Shown here one piece after another: positions 44,906 through 55,939 of a stretch of DNA of 64,000 bases. This DNA is from Escherichia phage KIT03. Each line of letters opens with the position of its first letter. Position 1 is the first letter of the stretch. The position numbers and the translations under genes were made by a program. The DNA is taken from sequence record AP018932; one strand, given 5' to 3'. The notes below the pieces were generated by a model. The model did no database searches. It was not told the DNA's origin and was given only the letters and a program-made list of their open reading frames with translations.

Positions 44906-44939
44906 CTTATTATTGAAAACACAATAGGAGCCCGGGAGA

Positions 44940-47900
44940 ATGGCCGAGATTAAAAGAAAGTTCAGAGCAGAAGACGGTCTGGACGCAGGTGGTGATAAAA
45001 TAATCAACGTAGCTTTAGCTGATCGTACCGTAGGAACTGACGGTGTTAACGTTGATTACTTAATTCAAGAAAACACAGTTCAACAATATGATCCAACTCG
45101 TGGATATTTAAAAGATTTTGTAATCATTTATGATAACCGCTTTTGGGCTGCTATAAATGATATTCCAAAACCAGCAGGAGCTTTTAATAGCGTACGATGG
45201 AGAGCGTTACGTACTGATGCAAACTGGACAACTGTTTCGTCAGGACCTTATCAATTAAAATCAGGCGAATCGATTTCAGTTAACACTGCAGCGGGTAATG
45301 ACATTACATTTACTTTGCCATCTTCTCCAATTGATGGTGATACTATCGTTCTCCAAGATATTGGAGGAAAACCTGGAGTTAACCAGGTTTTAATTACAGC
45401 TCCGGTACAAAGCATTGTAAACTTTAGAGGTCAACAAGTACGCTCAGTACTAATGACTCATCCAAAATCACAGATAGTTTTAATTTTTAGTAATCGTCTG
45501 TGGCAAATGTATGTTGCTGATTATAGCAGAGAAGCGGCAGTTGTAACGCCAGCGAGTCTTTATCAAGCGCAATCAAACGATTTTATCGTACGTAGATTTA
45601 CTTCTGCTTCAGCAATTAATATTAAACTTCCAAGATTTGCTAATCATGGCGATATTATTAATTTCGTTGATTTGGATAAATTAAATCCACTTTATCACAC
45701 AATTGTTACCACATACGATGAAACGACTTCAGTACAAGAAGTTGGAACTCATTCCATTGAAGGTCGTACATCTATTGATGGTTTCTTGATGTTTGATGAT
45801 AATGAGAAATTGTGGAGATTGTTTGACGGGGATAGTAAAGCACGTTTACGCATTATAACGACTAATTCTAATATTCGTCCAAATGAAGAAGTCATGGTAT
45901 TTGGCGCGAATAATGGAACAACCCAAACAATTGAACTTCAGCTTCCAACTGATATTTCTATCGGTGATACTGTTAAGATTTCCATGAATTATATGAGAAA
46001 AGGACAAACAGTTAAAATCAAAGCTGCCGGTGAAGATAAAATTGCTTCTTCAGTTCAATTGCTGCAATTTCCAAAACGTTCAGAATACCCACCTGAAACT
46101 AAATGGGTGACTGTTCAAGAATTAGTTTTTAATGGCGAAACCAATTATGTTCCAGTTTTACAGCTTGCTTATATCGAAGATTCCGATGGAAAATATTGGG
46201 TTGTACAGCAAAACGTTCCAACCGTAGAAAGAGTAGACTCTTTAAATAATTCTACTAGAGCAAGATTAGGCGTAATTGCTTTAGCTACACAGGCTCAAGC
46301 TAATGCTGATCTAGAAAATTCTCCACAAAAAGAATTGGCAATTACTCCAGAAACGTTAGCTAATCGTACTGCTACAGAAACTCGTAGAGGTATTGCAAGA
46401 ATAGCAACAACTGCGCAAGTAAACCAGGATACCACATTCTCTTTTGCAGATGACCTTATCATCACTCCTAAAAAGTTGAATGAAAGAACAGCTACTGAAA
46501 CTCGCAGAGGTGTTGCTGAAATTGCTACGCAGCAAGAAACTAATGCAGGAACCGATGATACTACAATCATTACTCCTAAAAAGCTTCAAGCTCGTCAAGG
46601 TTCTGAATCATTATCTGGTATTGTAACCTTTGTATCTACTGCAGGAGCTACTCCAGCTTCTAGCCGTGAATTAAATGGTACGAATGTTTATAATAAAAAC
46701 ACTAATAATTTAGTTGTTTCGCCAAAAGCTTTGGACCAGTATAAAGCTACGCCTACTCAACAGGGTGCAGTAATTTTAGCAGTTGAAAGTGAAGTAATTG
46801 CTGGTCAAAGTCAAGAAGGATGGGCAAATGCTGTTGTAACGCCAGAAACGTTACACAAAAAGACATCAACTGATGGAAGAATTGGATTAATTGAAATTGC
46901 TACGCAAAGTGAAGTTAATACAGGAACTGATTATACTCGTGCAGTCACTCCTAAAACTTTAAATGACCGTAGAGCAACTGAAAGTTTAAGTGGTATAGCT
47001 GAAATTGCTACACAAGTTGAATTCGACGCAGGCGTCGACGATACTCGTATCTCTACACCATTAAAAATTAAAACTAGATTTAATAGTACTGATCGTACTT
47101 CTGTTGTTGCTCTATCTGGATTAGTTGAATCAGGAACTCTCTGGGACCATTATACCCTTAATATTCTTGAAGCAAATGAGACACAACGTGGTACACTTCG
47201 TGTGGCTACACAAGTTGAAGCTACTGCTGGAAAATTAGATAATGTTTTAATAACTCCTAAAAAGCTTTTAGGTACTAAATCTACTGAAGCACAAGAAGGT
47301 GTTATTAAAGTTGCAACTCAGTCTGAAACTGTGACTGGAACGTCAGCAAATACTGCTGTATCTCCAAAAAATTTAAAATGGATTGTGCAGAGTGAACCTA
47401 CCTGGGCAGCTACTACTACAGTAAGAGGCTTTGTTAAAACTTCATCTGGTTCAATTACATTTGTCGGTAATGATACAGTCGGTTCTACCCAAGATTTAGA
47501 ACTGTATGAGAAAAATAGCTATGCAGTATCACCATACGAATTAAACCGTGTATTAGCAAATTATTTACCGTTAAAAGCAAAAGCTGCTGATAGTAATTTA
47601 TTGGATGGTCTAGATTCATCTCAGTTCATTCGTAGGGACATTGCGCAGACGGTTAATGGTTCACTAACCTTAACCCAACAAACGAATCTGAGTGCCCCTC
47701 TTGTATCATCTAGTACTGCTACGTTTGGTGGTTCAGTTACAGCAAATAGTGTACTAACGATTTCTAATACTGGAACAGCAACTCGATTGATTTTTGAGAA
47801 AGGACCTCAAACTGGAACAAACCCAGCCCAAACGATGACTGTTAGAGTGTGGGGAAATCAATTTAGTGGGGAATTAGATACAACACGTTCTACCGTATTT

Positions 47901-48809
47901 GAAGTTAGTGATGAAACATCTAGTCATTTTTATTCTCAGCGCAATAAAGCCGGAAATATAACATTTAATATCAACGGTACAGTAACACCGATAAATGTTA
48001 ATGCTTCAGGAACATTGAATGCAAATGGCGTAGCAACATTTGGTAATTCAGTCACTGCAACTGGTGAAATTATTTCTCGAAGCGCAAATGCTTTCCGTGC
48101 TATTAACGGAAATTATGGTTTCATTGTTCGCAATGATGGATCAGTAACGAATTTTATGCTTACTGCATCGGGTGATCAGACTGGTGGATTTAATGGATTA
48201 CGTCCTTTGGCTATTAATAATGCATCTGGTCAAGTAACGATTGGTGAAAGCTTAATCATCGCCAAAGGTGCTACTATAAATTCAGGTGGTTTGACTGTTA
48301 ACTCGAGAATTCGTTCTCAAGGTACTAAAACATCTGACTTATATACACGTGCGCCAACATCTGATACTGTAGGATTCTGGTCAATTGATATTAACGATTC
48401 AGCTACTTATAACCAGTTCCCAGGTTATTTTAAAATGGTTGAAAAAACTAATGAAGTGACTGGTCTTCCATATTTAGAACGTGGCGAAGAAGTTAAATCT
48501 CCTGGTACACTGACTCAGTTTGGTAACACACTTGATTCGCTTTACCAAGATTGGATTACTTATCCAACGACACCAGAAGCGCGTACCACTCGCTGGACAC
48601 GCACATGGCAGAAAACCAAAAATTCTTGGTCAAGTTTTGTTCAGGTATTTGATGGAGGTAATCCTCCTCAACCATCTGATATTGGTGCTTTACCATCTGA
48701 TAATGCTACAATGGGTAATCTTACTATTCGTGATTTCTTACGAATTGGTAATGTTCGCATTATTCCTGACCCAGTGAATAAAACTGTTAAATTTGAATGG
48801 GTTGAATAA
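44940..48809 (+). CDS. 34: long tail fibre proximal subunit gp34
   Basis: 1289-aa ORF; internal ~40-residue repeats. Confidence 0.96.
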   Translation: MAEIKRKFRAEDGLDAGGDKIINVALADRTVGTDGVNVDYLIQENTVQQYDPTRGYLKDFVIIYDNRFWAAINDIPKPAGAFNSVRWRALRTDANWTTVSSGPYQLKSGESISVNTAAGNDITFTLPSSPIDGDTIVLQDIGGKPGVNQVLITAPVQSIVNFRGQQVRSVLMTHPKSQIVLIFSNRLWQMYVADYSREAAVVTPASLYQAQSNDFIVRRFTSASAINIKLPRFANHGDIINFVDLDKLNPLYHTIVTTYDETTSVQEVGTHSIEGRTSIDGFLMFDDNEKLWRLFDGDSKARLRIITTNSNIRPNEEVMVFGANNGTTQTIELQLPTDISIGDTVKISMNYMRKGQTVKIKAAGEDKIASSVQLLQFPKRSEYPPETKWVTVQELVFNGETNYVPVLQLAYIEDSDGKYWVVQQNVPTVERVDSLNNSTRARLGVIALATQAQANADLENSPQKELAITPETLANRTATETRRGIARIATTAQVNQDTTFSFADDLIITPKKLNERTATETRRGVAEIATQQETNAGTDDTTIITPKKLQARQGSESLSGIVTFVSTAGATPASSRELNGTNVYNKNTNNLVVSPKALDQYKATPTQQGAVILAVESEVIAGQSQEGWANAVVTPETLHKKTSTDGRIGLIEIATQSEVNTGTDYTRAVTPKTLNDRRATESLSGIAEIATQVEFDAGVDDTRISTPLKIKTRFNSTDRTSVVALSGLVESGTLWDHYTLNILEANETQRGTLRVATQVEATAGKLDNVLITPKKLLGTKSTEAQEGVIKVATQSETVTGTSANTAVSPKNLKWIVQSEPTWAATTTVRGFVKTSSGSITFVGNDTVGSTQDLELYEKNSYAVSPYELNRVLANYLPLKAKAADSNLLDGLDSSQFIRRDIAQTVNGSLTLTQQTNLSAPLVSSSTATFGGSVTANSVLTISNTGTATRLIFEKGPQTGTNPAQTMTVRVWGNQFSGELDTTRSTVFEVSDETSSHFYSQRNKAGNITFNINGTVTPINVNASGTLNANGVATFGNSVTATGEIISRSANAFRAINGNYGFIVRNDGSVTNFMLTASGDQTGGFNGLRPLAINNASGQVTIGESLIIAKGATINSGGLTVNSRIRSQGTKTSDLYTRAPTSDTVGFWSIDINDSATYNQFPGYFKMVEKTNEVTGLPYLERGEEVKSPGTLTQFGNTLDSLYQDWITYPTTPEARTTRWTRTWQKTKNSWSSFVQVFDGGNPPQPSDIGALPSDNATMGNLTIRDFLRIGNVRIIPDPVNKTVKFEWVE
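46290..47300 (+). repeat. degenerate tandem coding repeats in gp34 shaft (~40-codon units)
   Basis: repeated units of the type ITPKKL..R.ATETRRG...IATQ.E.N.GTDDT at least six times. Confidence 0.7.
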
Positions 48810-48817
48810 GAGGTATT

Positions 48818-49933
48818 ATGGAAAAATTTATGGCAGAGTTTGGACAAGGATATGTCCAAACGCCATTTTTATCGGAAAGCAATTCAGTAAGATATAAAAT
48901 AAGTATAGCGGGTTCTTGCCCGCTTTCTACCGCAGGACCATACGTTAAATTTCAAGATAATCCTGTAGGAAGTCAAACATTTAGTGCAGGTCTTCATTTA
49001 AGAGTTTTTGACCCTTCTACAGGAGCATTGGTTGATAGTAAGTCATATGTTTTTTCTACTTCAAATGATACAACATCTGCTGCCTTTGTTAGTTTCATGA
49101 ATTCTTTTTCAAGCAATAGACTTGTTGCCATATTAACTAGCGGAAAGGTTAATTTTCCTCCTGAAGTAGTATCTTGGTTAAGAACGGCAGGAACATCTGC
49201 TTTTCCATCTGATTCTTTATTGTCAAGATTTGACGTATCATATGCTGCCTTTTACACTTCTTCTAAAAGAGCTATCGCACTAGAGCATGTTAAACTGAGT
49301 AACAGAAAAAGCACAGATGACTATCAAACTATATTAGATGTAGTATTTGATAGTTTAGAAGATGTTGGAGCGACAGGATTTCCTAAAAGAACATATGAAA
49401 GCGTTGAGCAATTTATGTCAGCTGTTGGTGGAACTAATAACGAAATTGCACGTCTACCTACAGCATCTGCAATAAGTAAACTTTCTGACTATAATTTAAT
49501 TCCTGGAGATGTTCTTTATCTTAAAGCACAACTATATGCTGATGCTGATTTATTAGCGTTGGGAACTACTAATATTTCAATTCGTTTTTATAATGCGTCG
49601 AATGGATATATTTCCTCGACACAAGCTGAGTTTACTGGACAGGCTGGGTCTTGGGAATTAAAAGAAGATTATGTAGTTGTTCCAGAAAATGCAGTTGGAT
49701 TTACGATATACGCACAGAGAACTGCACAAGCGGGTCAAGGCGGTATGAGAAATTTAAGCTTTTCTGAAGTGTCAAGAAATGGTGGCATTTCAAAACCTGC
49801 TGAGTTTGGCGTCAATGGTATTCGAGTTAATTATATCTGTGAATCTGCTTCACCTCCGGATATAATGGTACTTCCTACGCAAGCATCGTCTAAAACTGGT
49901 AAAGTGTTTGGACAGGAATTTAGAGAAGTTTAA
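48818..49933 (+). CDS. 35: long tail fibre hinge protein gp35
   Basis: 371-aa ORF. Confidence 0.93.
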   Translation: MEKFMAEFGQGYVQTPFLSESNSVRYKISIAGSCPLSTAGPYVKFQDNPVGSQTFSAGLHLRVFDPSTGALVDSKSYVFSTSNDTTSAAFVSFMNSFSSNRLVAILTSGKVNFPPEVVSWLRTAGTSAFPSDSLLSRFDVSYAAFYTSSKRAIALEHVKLSNRKSTDDYQTILDVVFDSLEDVGATGFPKRTYESVEQFMSAVGGTNNEIARLPTASAISKLSDYNLIPGDVLYLKAQLYADADLLALGTTNISIRFYNASNGYISSTQAEFTGQAGSWELKEDYVVVPENAVGFTIYAQRTAQAGQGGMRNLSFSEVSRNGGISKPAEFGVNGIRVNYICESASPPDIMVLPTQASSKTGKVFGQEFREV

Positions 49934-49937
49934 ATTG

Positions 49938-49960
49938 AGGGAGCCTTCGGGTTCCCTTTT
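49938..49960 (+). terminator. hairpin terminator after gene 35
   Basis: GGGAGCC-UUCG-GGUUCCC followed by UUUUUCUUU. Confidence 0.6.
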
Positions 49961-49964
49961 TCTT

Positions 49965-49972
49965 TATAAATA
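49965..49972 (+). promoter_or_regulatory. late promoter TATAAATA for genes 36-37-38-t
   Basis: exact TATAAATA 24 bp upstream of gene 36 ATG. Confidence 0.65.
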
Positions 49973-49995
49973 CTATTAAAATAAAGGGGCATACA

Positions 49996-50652
49996 ATGGC
50001 TGATTTAAAAGTAGGTTCAACAACTGGAGGCTCTGTCATTTGGCATCAAGGAAATTTTCCATTGAATCCAGCCGGTGACGATGTACTCTATAAATCATTT
50101 AAAATATATTCAGAATATAATAAACCACAAGCAACTGATAACGATTTCGTTTCTAAAGCTAATGGTGGTACTTATTTAAATAAAGTAATTTTTAATAAAG
50201 GAATGACTGTTCCTGGTACTGGGTCAGGTGACAACGGTATTTTTGCCGGTCCTGGTGATAATGCCACATATGATACTACAAATATGGATATTGTTTCATG
50301 GTATGGTATCGGCTTTAAATCATCACAAGGGGCAGCAGGTAGAACTGTAGTAATTAACACACGAAACGGAGATATTAGCTCAAAGGGTGTAATTGAAGCA
50401 TCACAAATACGCGCAACTTCGTTATCACCAGTAAATAATTATGACCTTACGAGAAAAGATTATGTTGATGGAGCAATAAATATTGTTACAACAAATGCAA
50501 ACTCTAGAGTATTACGCTCTGGAGACACTATGATAGGAAATTTAACTGCGCCAAACCTTTTTTCACAGAATCCTGCATCTCAACCCTCGCATGTTCCGCG
50601 ATTTGACCAAATCGTAATTAAGGATTCTGTTCAAGATTTCGGCTATTATTAA
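49996..50652 (+). CDS. 36: long tail fibre distal connector gp36
   Basis: 218-aa ORF. Confidence 0.93.
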   Translation: MADLKVGSTTGGSVIWHQGNFPLNPAGDDVLYKSFKIYSEYNKPQATDNDFVSKANGGTYLNKVIFNKGMTVPGTGSGDNGIFAGPGDNATYDTTNMDIVSWYGIGFKSSQGAAGRTVVINTRNGDISSKGVIEASQIRATSLSPVNNYDLTRKDYVDGAINIVTTNANSRVLRSGDTMIGNLTAPNLFSQNPASQPSHVPRFDQIVIKDSVQDFGYY

Positions 50653-50660
50653 GAGGACTT

Positions 50661-53600
50661 ATGGCTACTTTAAAACAAATACAATTTAAAAGAAGCAAAA
50701 CGGCAGGTCAACGTCCAGCTGCTTCAGTATTAGCCGAAGGTGAATTGGCTATAAACTTAAAAGACCGTGTACTTTTTACTAAAGATGACCAAGGAAATAT
50801 TATTGATTTAGGTTTTGCTAAAGGCGGTAGTATTGACGGGAATGTTATTCATAAAGGCAATTATAACCAAACTGGCGATTATACTTTAAACGGTACATTC
50901 ACCCAGACTGGTAATTTTAATTTAACCGGTATTGCTCGAGTAACTCGTGATATTATTGCTGCTGGGCAGATTATGACTGAAGGCGGAGAACTTATTACAA
51001 AAAGTTCAGGAACGGCACACGTTCGTTTTCATGATTCCGCCGACCGTGAACGCGGTATTATTTTTTCTCCTGCTAATGACGGTTTAACTACACAAGTAAT
51101 TAACATCAGAGTTCAAGATTACAAAGCCGGTTCAGAAAGCACTTTCGCTTTTAATGGAAATGGTTTGTTTTCTTCACCAGAAGTTTTTGGGTGGAAATCT
51201 GTATCAACTCCGGTAATTTATACCAATAAAGTTATCACCAATAAAAAAGTTAAAGATGATTATGACATCTATTCGATGGCAGATAATGTTCCATTATCTG
51301 AAAGCACTACTGCTATTAATCATCTTCGTGTTATGCGTAATGCAGTCGGTTCTGGTATTTTCCATGAAGTTAAAGATAATGATGGAATAACATGGTATAG
51401 TGGAGATGGATTAGATGCTTATCTGTGGTCATTTACCTGGAGCGGCGGAATTAAATCAAGTCACTCAATTTCCATCGGTTTAACACCCGGACCTAAGGAT
51501 TACTCAATATTAGGACCGTCTAGTATCGCTTTAGGAGATAATGATACTGGATTTAAATGGCATCAAGACGGATATTATTTCAGTGTTAATAATGGCACAA
51601 AAACGTTTTTATTTAGCCCTAGCGAAACAACTAGCCTAAGAAAATTTGTAGCTGGATATTCTACTAATGGAACCGATTTAACTACTCCTCCGACTGAAAA
51701 CTATGCTCTTGCTACTGTCGTGACATATCATGACAATAACGCGTTTGGAGATGGTCAGACTCTTTTGGGGTATTATCAAGGCGGTAGATATCACCATTAC
51801 TTTCGCGGAAGAGGAACAACTAATATTAATACTGCTGGAGGGTTATTAGTTACTCCTGGTAATATTGATGTTATTGGCGGTTCTGTTAATATCGATGGTA
51901 GAAATAATGCTTCTACAGCTCTGTTTAAAGGTAACACAACAGGTAGTAGTTCTGTGGATAACATGACAATTTCTGTGTGGGGTAATACATTTACTAATCC
52001 AAGCGAAGGTAATCGCAAAAATGTCATGGAAATTTCCGATGCAACTAGCTGGATGAGCTATATTCAAAGACTTACTACTGGTGAAGTAGAAATGAACGTT
52101 AACGGTTCATTTGAATCATCTGGTGTTACTGCTGGAAATAGAGGAGTTCACACAACAGGCGAAATTTCATCTGGAGCAGTGAATGCTCTTCGCATTTGGA
52201 ATGCAGATTATGGAGCCATTTTTAGACGTTCAGAAGGTAGTCTTCATATTATTCCAACTGCTTATGGTGAAGGCAAAAATGGTGATATCGGTCCACTTCG
52301 TCCATTTAGTATTGCTTTGGATACTGGTAAGGTTGTTATTCCAGATTTAGAATCAAGTTATAACACGTTTGCTGCAAATGGCTACATTAAATTTGCTGGT
52401 CATGGCGCGGGTGCAGGTGGTTATGATATTCAGTATTCACAAGCTGCTCCTATTTTCCAAGAAATCGATGATGCTGCTGTAAGCAAATATTATCCTATTG
52501 TTAAACAGAAGTTTTTAAATGGTAAAGCTGTCTGGTCTTTGGGTACTGAAATTAATTCTGGTACATTTGTTTTACATCATTTGAAAGAAGATGGTTCACA
52601 AGGCCATACATCAAGATTTAATGCTGATGGTACAGTTAACTTCCCGGATAACGTTCAGGTCGGCGGCGGTGAAGCTACTATTGCTCGTAATGGTAATATC
52701 TTCTCTGATATTTGGAAAACATTTACTTCTGCCGGAGATACTACAAATATTCGCGATGCAATAGCTACTCGTGTTGCCAAAGAAGGCGATACGATGACTG
52801 GCAAATTAATCGTTAAAAGAGGCTCTGACGCTATTAACATTGCTGCCGATGAAAATGATTCTTGCTATTTACTTGGAACATCGGGTGGAGCGAATTCATG
52901 GTACATCGGTAAAGGAGGAGCAGATGACACTGCTTCATTTTATAATTTCAAAACTACCGCAGGAATTACTCTTAATAGTGTTGGTGATATTGATTTTAAC
53001 GTTAAAAATCAAGCTACTGCAGCTTCATTAAATTTTTATCGTTTATATTTAAATGGAAGACAGTGGACAGCTACACAAGGACATGGATATAATAATCAAT
53101 GGCAAACAGAAGCCCCATTCTTCGTTGACTTTGGCGAATCTGTTCCGAAAGATAGTTATATGCCTATAATTAAAGGAAGAAGCCAAATCATTAACGAAGG
53201 ATATGCCACAAAGGCAGATTTTGGTATTATTCGATTAGGCGGAAATGCTACTTGGGGAAATGCAGTAATTCGTGTTGGTTCTGCGGAAAGCGGAGATAGC
53301 AGTCATCCTAATGCAATATTTGTGTTTCAGGCTAATGGTGATTTTAAAGCTCCGGCTGGCCTTCGTGCTGGTGTTAACTTGGGCGTCGGCACAATTCCAG
53401 TATGGGGCGGAGCATCTATCGCCATCGGGGATGATGATACCGGTTTAGTTCATGGCGGTGATGGTCGAATTAATATGTATGCTAACTCGCAGCATATAGC
53501 ATCATGGGGCACAATGTATCAATCTCATCCAGGCCTTTGGGATTCGAATGGAGCTTTTTGGACAGAAGTTGGCAAAGCAATTATTTCTCATGGCCATTTA

Positions 53601-53987
53601 GTTCAGGCGAATGACAGCTATTCAACGTATGTCCGCGATGTTTATGTCCGCTCTGATATTCGTGTTAAAAAGGATCTAGTTAAATTTGAAAATGCTTCTG
53701 AGAAGCTTTCAAAAATTAATGGTTACACTTATATGCAGAAGCGAGGCCTAGATGAAGAAGGTAATCAGAAATGGGAACCAAACGCTGGGTTAATTGCTCA
53801 AGAAGTTCAAGTTATTTTACCTGAATTGGTTGAAGGCGATCAGGATAGTGAAGCTTTACTTCGTTTGAACTATAACGGTGTAATTGGTTTAAATACAGCT
53901 GCAATCAATGAGCATACTGCAGAAATTGCAGAACTTAAGTCAGAGATTGAAGAGCTTAAAAAATTAGTTAAATCATTGTTAAAATAA
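50661..53987 (+). CDS. 37: long tail fibre distal subunit gp37 with C-terminal intramolecular chaperone (self-cleaving) domain
   Basis: 1108-aa ORF; C-terminus carries an SDIRVKKD...coiled-coil region typical of endosialidase-type chaperone domains. Confidence 0.93.
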   Translation: MATLKQIQFKRSKTAGQRPAASVLAEGELAINLKDRVLFTKDDQGNIIDLGFAKGGSIDGNVIHKGNYNQTGDYTLNGTFTQTGNFNLTGIARVTRDIIAAGQIMTEGGELITKSSGTAHVRFHDSADRERGIIFSPANDGLTTQVINIRVQDYKAGSESTFAFNGNGLFSSPEVFGWKSVSTPVIYTNKVITNKKVKDDYDIYSMADNVPLSESTTAINHLRVMRNAVGSGIFHEVKDNDGITWYSGDGLDAYLWSFTWSGGIKSSHSISIGLTPGPKDYSILGPSSIALGDNDTGFKWHQDGYYFSVNNGTKTFLFSPSETTSLRKFVAGYSTNGTDLTTPPTENYALATVVTYHDNNAFGDGQTLLGYYQGGRYHHYFRGRGTTNINTAGGLLVTPGNIDVIGGSVNIDGRNNASTALFKGNTTGSSSVDNMTISVWGNTFTNPSEGNRKNVMEISDATSWMSYIQRLTTGEVEMNVNGSFESSGVTAGNRGVHTTGEISSGAVNALRIWNADYGAIFRRSEGSLHIIPTAYGEGKNGDIGPLRPFSIALDTGKVVIPDLESSYNTFAANGYIKFAGHGAGAGGYDIQYSQAAPIFQEIDDAAVSKYYPIVKQKFLNGKAVWSLGTEINSGTFVLHHLKEDGSQGHTSRFNADGTVNFPDNVQVGGGEATIARNGNIFSDIWKTFTSAGDTTNIRDAIATRVAKEGDTMTGKLIVKRGSDAINIAADENDSCYLLGTSGGANSWYIGKGGADDTASFYNFKTTAGITLNSVGDIDFNVKNQATAASLNFYRLYLNGRQWTATQGHGYNNQWQTEAPFFVDFGESVPKDSYMPIIKGRSQIINEGYATKADFGIIRLGGNATWGNAVIRVGSAESGDSSHPNAIFVFQANGDFKAPAGLRAGVNLGVGTIPVWGGASIAIGDDDTGLVHGGDGRINMYANSQHIASWGTMYQSHPGLWDSNGAFWTEVGKAIISHGHLVQANDSYSTYVRDVYVRSDIRVKKDLVKFENASEKLSKINGYTYMQKRGLDEEGNQKWEPNAGLIAQEVQVILPELVEGDQDSEALLRLNYNGVIGLNTAAINEHTAEIAELKSEIEELKKLVKSLLK

Positions 53988-54018
53988 AATGAGGGGCTTC
54001 GGCCCCTTGGAGGTTTAT

Positions 54019-54813
54019 ATGGCAGTTGAAGGACCGTGGGTAGGATGGTCTGCGAGGGTACAAACTGGAGACCCTTGGATGGGTGGTGCCGCGCTGAGAT
54101 TGAGAATGGGAATTCCGTTTTGGATGAGTAATATGATAGGTCGATCTGTTGAAGTAATTCACACCCTTGGAGCGGACCATAACTTTAATGGTCAATGGTT
54201 CCGAGATAGATGTTTTGAGGCAGGTAGTGCACCTATAGTGTTTAATATTACCGGAAATTTGGTATCATATTCTAGAGACGTTCCTTTATTCTTCATGTAC
54301 GGAGATACACCTAATGAATATGTTCAGTTGAATATTGGTGGCGGCGTCCATATGTGGGGTAGAGGTGGACAAGGTGGATGGACTCATTCCGGCGGAGATG
54401 GTAATGGTCAACAAGGTGGTCATTGTATTCAAAATGACATCGGTGGACGATTAAGAATTAATAACGGTGGAGTAATTTGTGGTGGAGGTGGAGGTGGAGG
54501 TGGTATCGCTTATCGTCCTCACTCTGGTGCAAATTGGCAAGATATTGGTGGTGGTGGAGGAAGACCATTTGGCCCAGGAGGAGGCGGAGGTTATTCCGGC
54601 GGCGCAGCTTCTTATGATGGCCCAGGAGGTGGTTATAATTATGGTAATGCTCACTCTGGCCAGGGTGGTGATGCTGGCGCAAATGGACAAAATGCCTGGT
54701 ATGATGGCGGTAAAGTTCTAAAAGTTGGAGCTGGTGGCGCTGCCGGATATGCTGTTATAGGATCAGCTCCAACATGGCAAAATGTTGGAGTAATATATGG
54801 TCCAAGGGTATAA
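54019..54813 (+). CDS. 38: T2-type tail fibre adhesin gp38 (glycine-rich motifs separating variable segments)
   Basis: start [10 protein letters not shown] with GGAGG RBS; poly-Gly runs (GGGGGGGG, GGGGG) interleaved with variable segments. Confidence 0.88.
   Translation: MAVEGPWVGWSARVQTGDPWMGGAALRLRMGIPFWMSNMIGRSVEVIHTLGADHNFNGQWFRDRCFEAGSAPIVFNITGNLVSYSRDVPLFFMYGDTPNEYVQLNIGGGVHMWGRGGQGGWTHSGGDGNGQQGGHCIQNDIGGRLRINNGGVICGGGGGGGGIAYRPHSGANWQDIGGGGGRPFGPGGGGGYSGGAASYDGPGGGYNYGNAHSGQGGDAGANGQNAWYDGGKVLKVGAGGAAGYAVIGSAPTWQNVGVIYGPRV
54481..54504 (+). repeat. (GGTGGA)n simple-sequence repeat encoding poly-glycine in gp38
   Basis: ggtggaggtggaggtggaggtggt. Confidence 0.8.
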
Positions 54814-54844
54814 TTTTGAATAAATATCCTTAAAAGGAGGGTCT

Positions 54845-55501
54845 ATGGCAGCACCTAGAATATCATTTTCGCCCTCTGATATTCTATTTGGTGTTCTAGA
54901 TCGCTTGTTCAAAGATAACGCTACCGGGAAAGTTCTTGCTTCCCGGGTAGCTGTCGTAATTCTTTTGTTTATGATGGCGATTGTTTGGTATAGGGGAGAT
55001 AGTTTCTTTGAGTACTATAAGCAATCAAAGTATGAAACATACAGTGAAATTATTGAAAAGGAAAGAAATGCACGCTTTGAATCTGTCGCCCTGGAACAAC
55101 TCCAGATAGTTCACATATCATCTGAGGCAGACTTTAGTGCGGTGTATTCTTTCCGCCCTAAAAACTTAAACTATTTTGTCGATATTATAGCATATGAAGG
55201 AAAATTACCTTCAACAATAAGTGAAAAATCACTTGGAGGATATCCTGTTGATAAAACTATGGATGAATATGCAGTTCATTTAAATGGACGTCATTATTAT
55301 TCCAACTCAAAATTTGCTTTTTTACCAACTAAAAAGCCTACTCCCGAAATAAACTACATGTACAGTTGTCCATATTTTAATTTGGATAATATCTATGCTG
55401 GAACGATAACCATGTACTGGTATAGAAATGATCATATAAGTAATGACCGCCTTGAATCAATATGCGCCCAGGCGGCCAGAATATTAGGAAGGGCTAAATA
55501 A
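54845..55501 (+). CDS. t: holin T
   Basis: 218-aa ORF recognised as T4 holin; single TM segment. Confidence 0.96.
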   Translation: MAAPRISFSPSDILFGVLDRLFKDNATGKVLASRVAVVILLFMMAIVWYRGDSFFEYYKQSKYETYSEIIEKERNARFESVALEQLQIVHISSEADFSAVYSFRPKNLNYFVDIIAYEGKLPSTISEKSLGGYPVDKTMDEYAVHLNGRHYYSNSKFAFLPTKKPTPEINYMYSCPYFNLDNIYAGTITMYWYRNDHISNDRLESICAQAARILGRAK

Positions 55502-55774
55502 TTATTTGTTCGTATACATCTCTAGATATCGATATACACCCTCAAAACCCTCGTTGAATTCGTCGATGAGGGTTTTCTTATCTTCTTGAGTTAATTCAGA
55601 AACAATTTTACGGAATGAATTCTGATTTAATTTTCTACCTTCATGCGTTACTCCAATCTCATTCAGAAATGCAATAAAATTAGCACGATTTTCAACAATA
55701 TCTTCTCTGGAAAATTTAATCAAAATAGACGCAACGGTAATAATTTCACGAACTGTATCAATATTTTTATTCAT
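55502..55774 (-). CDS. asiA: anti-sigma70 factor AsiA
   Basis: 90-aa ORF recognised as AsiA. Confidence 0.95.
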   Translation of the reverse strand: MNKNIDTVREIITVASILIKFSREDIVENRANFIAFLNEIGVTHEGRKLNQNSFRKIVSELTQEDKKTLIDEFNEGFEGVYRYLEMYTNK

Positions 55775-55786
55775 TAACTATACCAC

Positions 55787-55939
55787 TCAATTAGTTGACT
55801 TTATTATAATATCATCAGACGCTTGATTTGTAAACTGGTCTGTGTTATTTTCTTCAAAAATTTTTTCTACGAATTCCTTGAACGACTTACGTTCCTGAGC
55901 TACATTATGCTCGATTACTTTTTCAAGATTATGACTCAT
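55787..55939 (-). CDS. hypothetical small protein
   Basis: 50-codon ORF; ATG overlaps arn stop (ATGA). Confidence 0.45.
   Translation of the reverse strand: MSHNLEKVIEHNVAQERKSFKEFVEKIFEENNTDQFTNQASDDIIIKSTN

Noticed and set aside
46295-46598. Minus-strand ORFs within gp34 repeat region
   Set aside because: Antisense to tail-fibre gene; product of repetitive sequence, Ser/Cys-rich nonsense.
54451-54721. Overlapping ORFs in both strands across the gp38 glycine-rich region
   Set aside because: Artefacts of low-complexity GGT/GGA repeat DNA; gp38 frame is the coding one.
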